Assembly: GCA_012026655.1 (NCBI GenBank)
Contig: JAAILG010001801.1
Span: forward strand, 1-61,775
Direction: 5' to 3'
Length of the DNA stretch: 61,775 nt
DNA from: Hydrolagus affinis
Lineage: Eukaryota
In this document: in pieces, positions 58,801 to 61,775 of the stretch
Layout: each line of letters starts with the position of its first letter
How positions within the stretch are numbered: the first letter of the stretch is position 1
The notes under the pieces: model-generated
What the model was told of the DNA's origin: nothing
Database searches by the model: none
What the model saw: only the letters and a program-made list of their open reading frames with translations
Translations under genes and position numbers: made by a program

Positions 58801-60860
58801 ACCTTTTTGCTCTTAAATTAGCCACTTTTAAATAAAAATTGGGCATAAGCAGTATGTTATTGACCTTGAAATAGCCATGGAAACGCCACATGGTGGTGAG
58901 ACACAGGTTTCATCCTCACAATGCTAATCTCAGCCAATGTCAGTCTTGTCACATTAGAAACAGGCTCCCACAGAGGGAGTAAAAAAAGACTGGACGAAAT
59001 GCTGTCTTGTCGTGTTCGCCTGCACAATCATGCAGATGCACAGGACAAGATTGCGTACCTTCTAGCCACAACTGACATGTGAAAGTTTGATCCTTTCATA
59101 CCAGCGCCATGGCTGTCTTCCCAACATGAAAATGATGTACAAATGTAAATATAAATTATGCAATTGACACCACAATCTATCGTTCAATTATAAGTGTAAG
59201 GAAGATATTGCTCGGTGAAGGGCATTAAATGCTTGCAGCTTCAGTATCGCTGCTGAGACTCGCAATCTGTGTCATCACTGAACATAGCTATTTAGCTCAG
59301 TGATATGAACCAGAGTTCATAGTCATAATAAATAATTAAGTCTGTCCTTATCTTCCTCCAGCACGCTTTTCTATTTACAGAATCATTGACACTTGAGCTA
59401 AAGGTTAATGGAAATTTAGGCGAAGCTACATCAATATTAATGGACAGATTCAAACGTGTCTCCTTGTTTACTTGTTGTTTCATTTTTGGGGAAGGTGGGG
59501 GGGGGGCGGTTCGGTTGGGTGTCTGATATGTGCTGAAGACAATCATCATGGCTTAATAATAATCCTTGCATTCCTTGTGTGCAAGATAAGACAAGAGAAT
59601 ATACTGTAAAGTGAATTGACTGTATATATTTGTGGGCGAATCGCGGCAGCCAATTGCGCACAGCAGTGTCCCACACACAGTCGTGGACTGAAATGACCAA
59701 TTTTATTATTGCGTTTTTATTTTGGGAGGGATTATTATTAGGCGTGTGGAGTAAGGAAACTTGCCCAAGGTTTCACCCTGACCTGCCTGGATTCAAACAC
59801 AGGTCTCCCCAGCTTGCAAGACAAGTGCTCTAACCACTGAGCCACGGGAGCTCCATTTCCATGCACAGTATCTAGAACAAAATGCGCACTCTCTCCACGG
59901 AGGGTCGAATCCGTCAGTGAGAGTGAAGTAAAGGATACTGACAGGTTAATAGTGTTTTGAGGCTCCCAATCCCGTTTGAGTGTGTGACCATCCCTACGCG
60001 CTGAAATAGCGCCACCATCAGTCTGAATGTTAAGCTGCACTTGAACTTTTTTTAGTCTTTTGGATGAGGAAGTCTCATCAGCATTGATAATAATAATCCC
60101 TGCATTTGATATCGTGCCTTATCAGGTTGTTGAGATGTCTCAAAGGTTTTCGCAGCATATACTGTGAATGTCAATTGGCTATAGATGATGTGGGAGAAAC
60201 ACAGCAGCCAACTGTGCACCAGCAGTGTCCCACAAACAGTCGTGGATTGAAGTGACTAGTATTATTATTTTGGGGGGGGGTGGGGGGGTGAATTATTACC
60301 CATGGAAAAGCGATCTGCTGATCGACTTAACAACCAGGTTACTGCCAGGTGAGCAGAGGCGTGTGGAGTAAGGAAACTTGCCCAACATTTCACCCTACTG
60401 GGAATTAAAACCGTATCTTGTTACGAGGCGAGGGCTCTTATCGCTGAATCACAAGATCCGATAAACCTTTACAGAACTAAAAACTCCAATGAAATGTTCC
60501 CTTCCTAGCCCAATGTATTTTTTTTAAAAAAAATACATTATATTAACACATGAGAATGAAAATCTATTATTCAAAGTGTTGTCCATGTTCAGCAATAAAA
60601 AATAATAATATTGGCATCCATAAACTTCCTAATTAGAAGAATATGGATATTTCCAAAGATTTCTTCATTATGAAGCACGATTACACATGAAATATTTCAG
60701 TTGTTGTAGGTCAAACACTCACTGTTCTTCCCAGACAATAGCAGCAGAAAGGATATCACCTCCAATGCCACCATATTCCTCGGATGTATTGACTCCTAAA
60801 AGTCCTTGCCGCCCAGCCTTTTCCCAGACCTCTCTGCTGACTTGACCATCCTTCTCCCAC
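41089..60860 (-). CDS. ACADL: Long-chain acyl-CoA dehydrogenase, 5'-partial (exons 3-11); as assembled, exon 8 carries a +1 frameshift
   Basis: Exon translations match LCAD ([55 protein letters not shown]); GT-AG introns in expected phases. Confidence 0.95.
42153..42447 (-). mobile_element. Full-length SINE, same family
   Basis: Reverse complement of the family consensus including the tRNA head. Confidence 0.85.
43094..43416 (+). mobile_element. Full-length SINE, same family
   Basis: Head-to-tail similarity to 53572-53900. Confidence 0.85.
44730..45262 (+). mobile_element. Decayed Penelope-like element remnant (GIY-YIG endonuclease C-terminus + pseudo-LTR)
   Basis: RFVTC*HI (44758), ETGT...R..H.LTI...NPHLSP, DRLL...NTF...NKE, then CTGACGA...CGGAAG and AATAAA. 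Confidence 0.5.
45325..45411 (-). CDS. ACADL: ACADL exon 10 (87 nt)
   Basis: cacccag|G GCA TCT GAA...GCA AA|gtaagt; [28 protein letters not shown]. Confidence 0.95.
46933..47060 (-). CDS. ACADL: ACADL exon 9 (128 nt)
   Basis: cttttag|ACT GTG CGG CAC AAG...TTC TG|gtagat; [42 protein letters not shown]. Confidence 0.95.
47397..47578 (-). mobile_element. SINE variant: Deu-like core joined to a longer L2 3'UTR tail
   Basis: Core TGTGGGCGAAACGC..CAGCCAAATTGC followed by a tail matching the L2 end at 57300-57420; second copy at 51155-51311. Confidence 0.7.
47823..47937 (-). CDS. ACADL: ACADL exon 8 (115 nt as assembled; 1-nt insertion near 47860)
   Basis: [25 protein letters not shown] then a frame shift; removing one A restores [13 protein letters not shown]|gtgagt. 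Confidence 0.92.
48059..48368 (-). mobile_element. Full-length SINE, same family
   Basis: Reverse complement of the consensus; (AAT)n tail end at 48059. Confidence 0.85.
49316..49417 (-). CDS. ACADL: ACADL exon 7 (102 nt)
   Basis: gtaaag|GAT ACA GCT GAG...CCT CAG|gtacca; [34 protein letters not shown]. Confidence 0.95.
51155..51311 (-). mobile_element. SINE variant with long L2 tail, copy 2
   Basis: Same junction as 47397-47578. Confidence 0.7.
52112..52276 (-). CDS. ACADL: ACADL exon 6 (165 nt)
   Basis: ttgtag|GTT TTT ATA AGT AAT GGA...GCA CAG|gttggt; [18 protein letters not shown]...[12 protein letters not shown]. Confidence 0.95.
53572..53900 (+). mobile_element. Full-length tRNA-derived SINE (tRNA head + Deu-like core + L2-type tail; SINE2-1_CM-like)
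   Basis: A box TAGCTCAGTGG, B box GTTCGAATCC, core CTGCTGTGTGCAATTGGCTGCCGC, (TAT)n tail; many copies in the window. Confidence 0.85.
55612..55678 (-). CDS. ACADL: ACADL exon 5 (67 nt)
   Basis: ccccag|T GAT TTG CAA GGA...AGC AAA|gtaaag; [23 protein letters not shown]. Confidence 0.95.
55790..56900. mobile_element. Cluster of L2/SINE fragments (55790-56235 minus; 56600-56900 plus); further L2 tails at ~28235-28422, 52715-53000, 54290-54475, 55176-55345
   Basis: [11 protein letters not shown] motif and GTGAAAGG/CGCTATA-type tails. Confidence 0.65.
56927..57129. mobile_element. Same MITE family, copy 3 (opposite orientation)
   Basis: CAGTCAAAGCCCATTTATCCG...CCGGATAAACAGGCTTTTACTG|TA; internal sequence is the reverse complement of copies 1 and 2. 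Confidence 0.85.
57299..57810 (-). mobile_element. L2 LINE 3' fragment (relatively young, CpG-rich)
   Basis: [17 protein letters not shown]...QNSAARV...[23 protein letters not shown]; (TTG)n tail. Confidence 0.9.
58002..58166 (-). CDS. ACADL: ACADL exon 4 (165 nt)
   Basis: cttccag|G ATG TAC GTG AAC TGT...GGC AG|gtgag; [54 protein letters not shown]. Confidence 0.95.
58550..58660. mobile_element. Penelope-associated palindromic element fragment with hammerhead-ribozyme-like core on the minus strand
   Basis: Minus strand CTGACGA-AGGCTCGTAGGCCC-GAAAC; 10-bp inverted repeat CTTCGTCAGA (58626) / TCTGACGAAG (58647). Confidence 0.55.
59555..59854 (-). mobile_element. Full-length SINE, same family
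   Basis: Reverse complement of the consensus. Confidence 0.85.
60085..60460 (-). mobile_element. Diverged SINE, same family, with a ~60-nt internal insertion
   Basis: Tail, core and GGCGTGTGGAGTAAGGAAACTTGCCC segment present. Confidence 0.75.
60723..60860 (-). CDS. ACADL: ACADL exon 3 (138 nt)
   Basis: ttttacag|G TGG GAG AAG...GAA CA|gtgagt; [46 protein letters not shown]. Confidence 0.95.
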
Positions 60861-61604
60861 CTGTAAAATTGAAACTCATTATGTTGGGAAAGAACCAACA
60901 CTCAATCAATTATACCAATTTCTTTCAGGTGCAATTCATTATGGTGGAGGTTTTGAGTTGATGTTGAATTCTGTGCACGTACTATACTTAAAATGTTGAC
61001 AATACATTGAAAGTCCATTCTCTCCAACGGATTCATATCTTTACTGCCATTTATTGCATTTTCAAATAACTTTTTGAAGTTTTGTTGGCAAAAGGTTTGA
61101 CCTTTTTCCTCATTTCTCTATTCTCATTTTCAGTGTGGTCACAACCATCAAGCTCTGTACTTCATAACACCCCCACAGAGTTCTGTGGCAACCAACCTAA
61201 CAGAATTGGAAACTAATCAATAAATCAACAGAGTATCCAGTTTGAACTCCCTTAAACTTTGTCTCCTGTACTCCAACGACTGCTTTGATCTAAGGTTCAA
61301 ATAATGCACACTCACAATCAGCTACATTTTCAAAATATTGCACTTTATAAAGTGCACTTTTTTCTTTCCCTTTACATTCACGTTGCAATCCGTAAAACAA
61401 CAAAGAAAAGTATACCTCTTCAACTTTCATAATGACGTGAAACCCAAATGTTAGTTGATCTGAAGGGGGCAATCCTGCTCACATTGGTTTGGATTCCCCA
61501 GAACTTGGAACTAAATTAAACTAAAATGGGTTACTCCGATAATAATTACATTTGACACCATGCCTTTCACATCATGAGGACTTACAAAGATGTGATCTGA
61601 TCTA

Positions 61605-61775
61605 GATGACACCCAGCTGTACCTTTCTGCCTCTTCCCTCAACCCCCAGACCATCGATGTTCTGACAGCATGTCTGTCCGACATCGAGTCCTGGACGAGG
61701 GACAATTTCCTCCAATTGAATGTGAGTAAGACCGAGGCCCTCCTGATCGGCTCAAGCCAGCGCCTTCGCACATCG
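61605..61775 (+). mobile_element. L2 LINE RT fragment running off the window
   Basis: DDTQLYLS...LTACLSDIESWTRDNFLQLNVSKTEALLIG. Confidence 0.85.

Noticed and set aside
60006-60025. CTCF site TAGCGCCACCATCAG
   Set aside because: Only half of the consensus matches; not supportable without a PWM score or ChIP data

Overview
Eukaryotic (vertebrate) genomic DNA, not prokaryotic. The repeat content (SacSINE1-like Deu-domain SINEs, a tRNA/Deu/L2-tail SINE resembling the elephant-shark SINE2-1 family, L2/CR1 and Penelope remnants) points to a cartilaginous fish, probably a holocephalan (inference). The window holds the conserved RPE(+)/KANSL1L(-)/ACADL(-) syntenic block. It contains RPE exons 2-6 (2473-9824), almost all of KANSL1L (CDS 32576->13636, CpG-island promoter about 35.3-36.7 kb, exon 14 interrupted by a 100-N gap) and ACADL exons 3-11 (60860->41089). 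Exon numbers follow the human genes from memory. Nearly all ORFs in the supplied track are spurious or repeat-derived. The most notable observations are: a +1 frameshift in ACADL exon 8; a KANSL1L exon 3 acceptor that reads GG with an in-frame rescue CAG 9 nt downstream; a probable GC-AG intron; a processed KARS1 pseudogene fragment in KANSL1L intron 2; decayed Penelope/hammerhead-ribozyme motifs; nested and inverted SINEs; two MITE families; and an apparent excess of TACWGTA transposon-footprint motifs. I found no evidence of a genuinely new multi-gene system. The candidates listed are splicing, pseudogenisation and mobile-element curiosities that need read-level or comparative confirmation.
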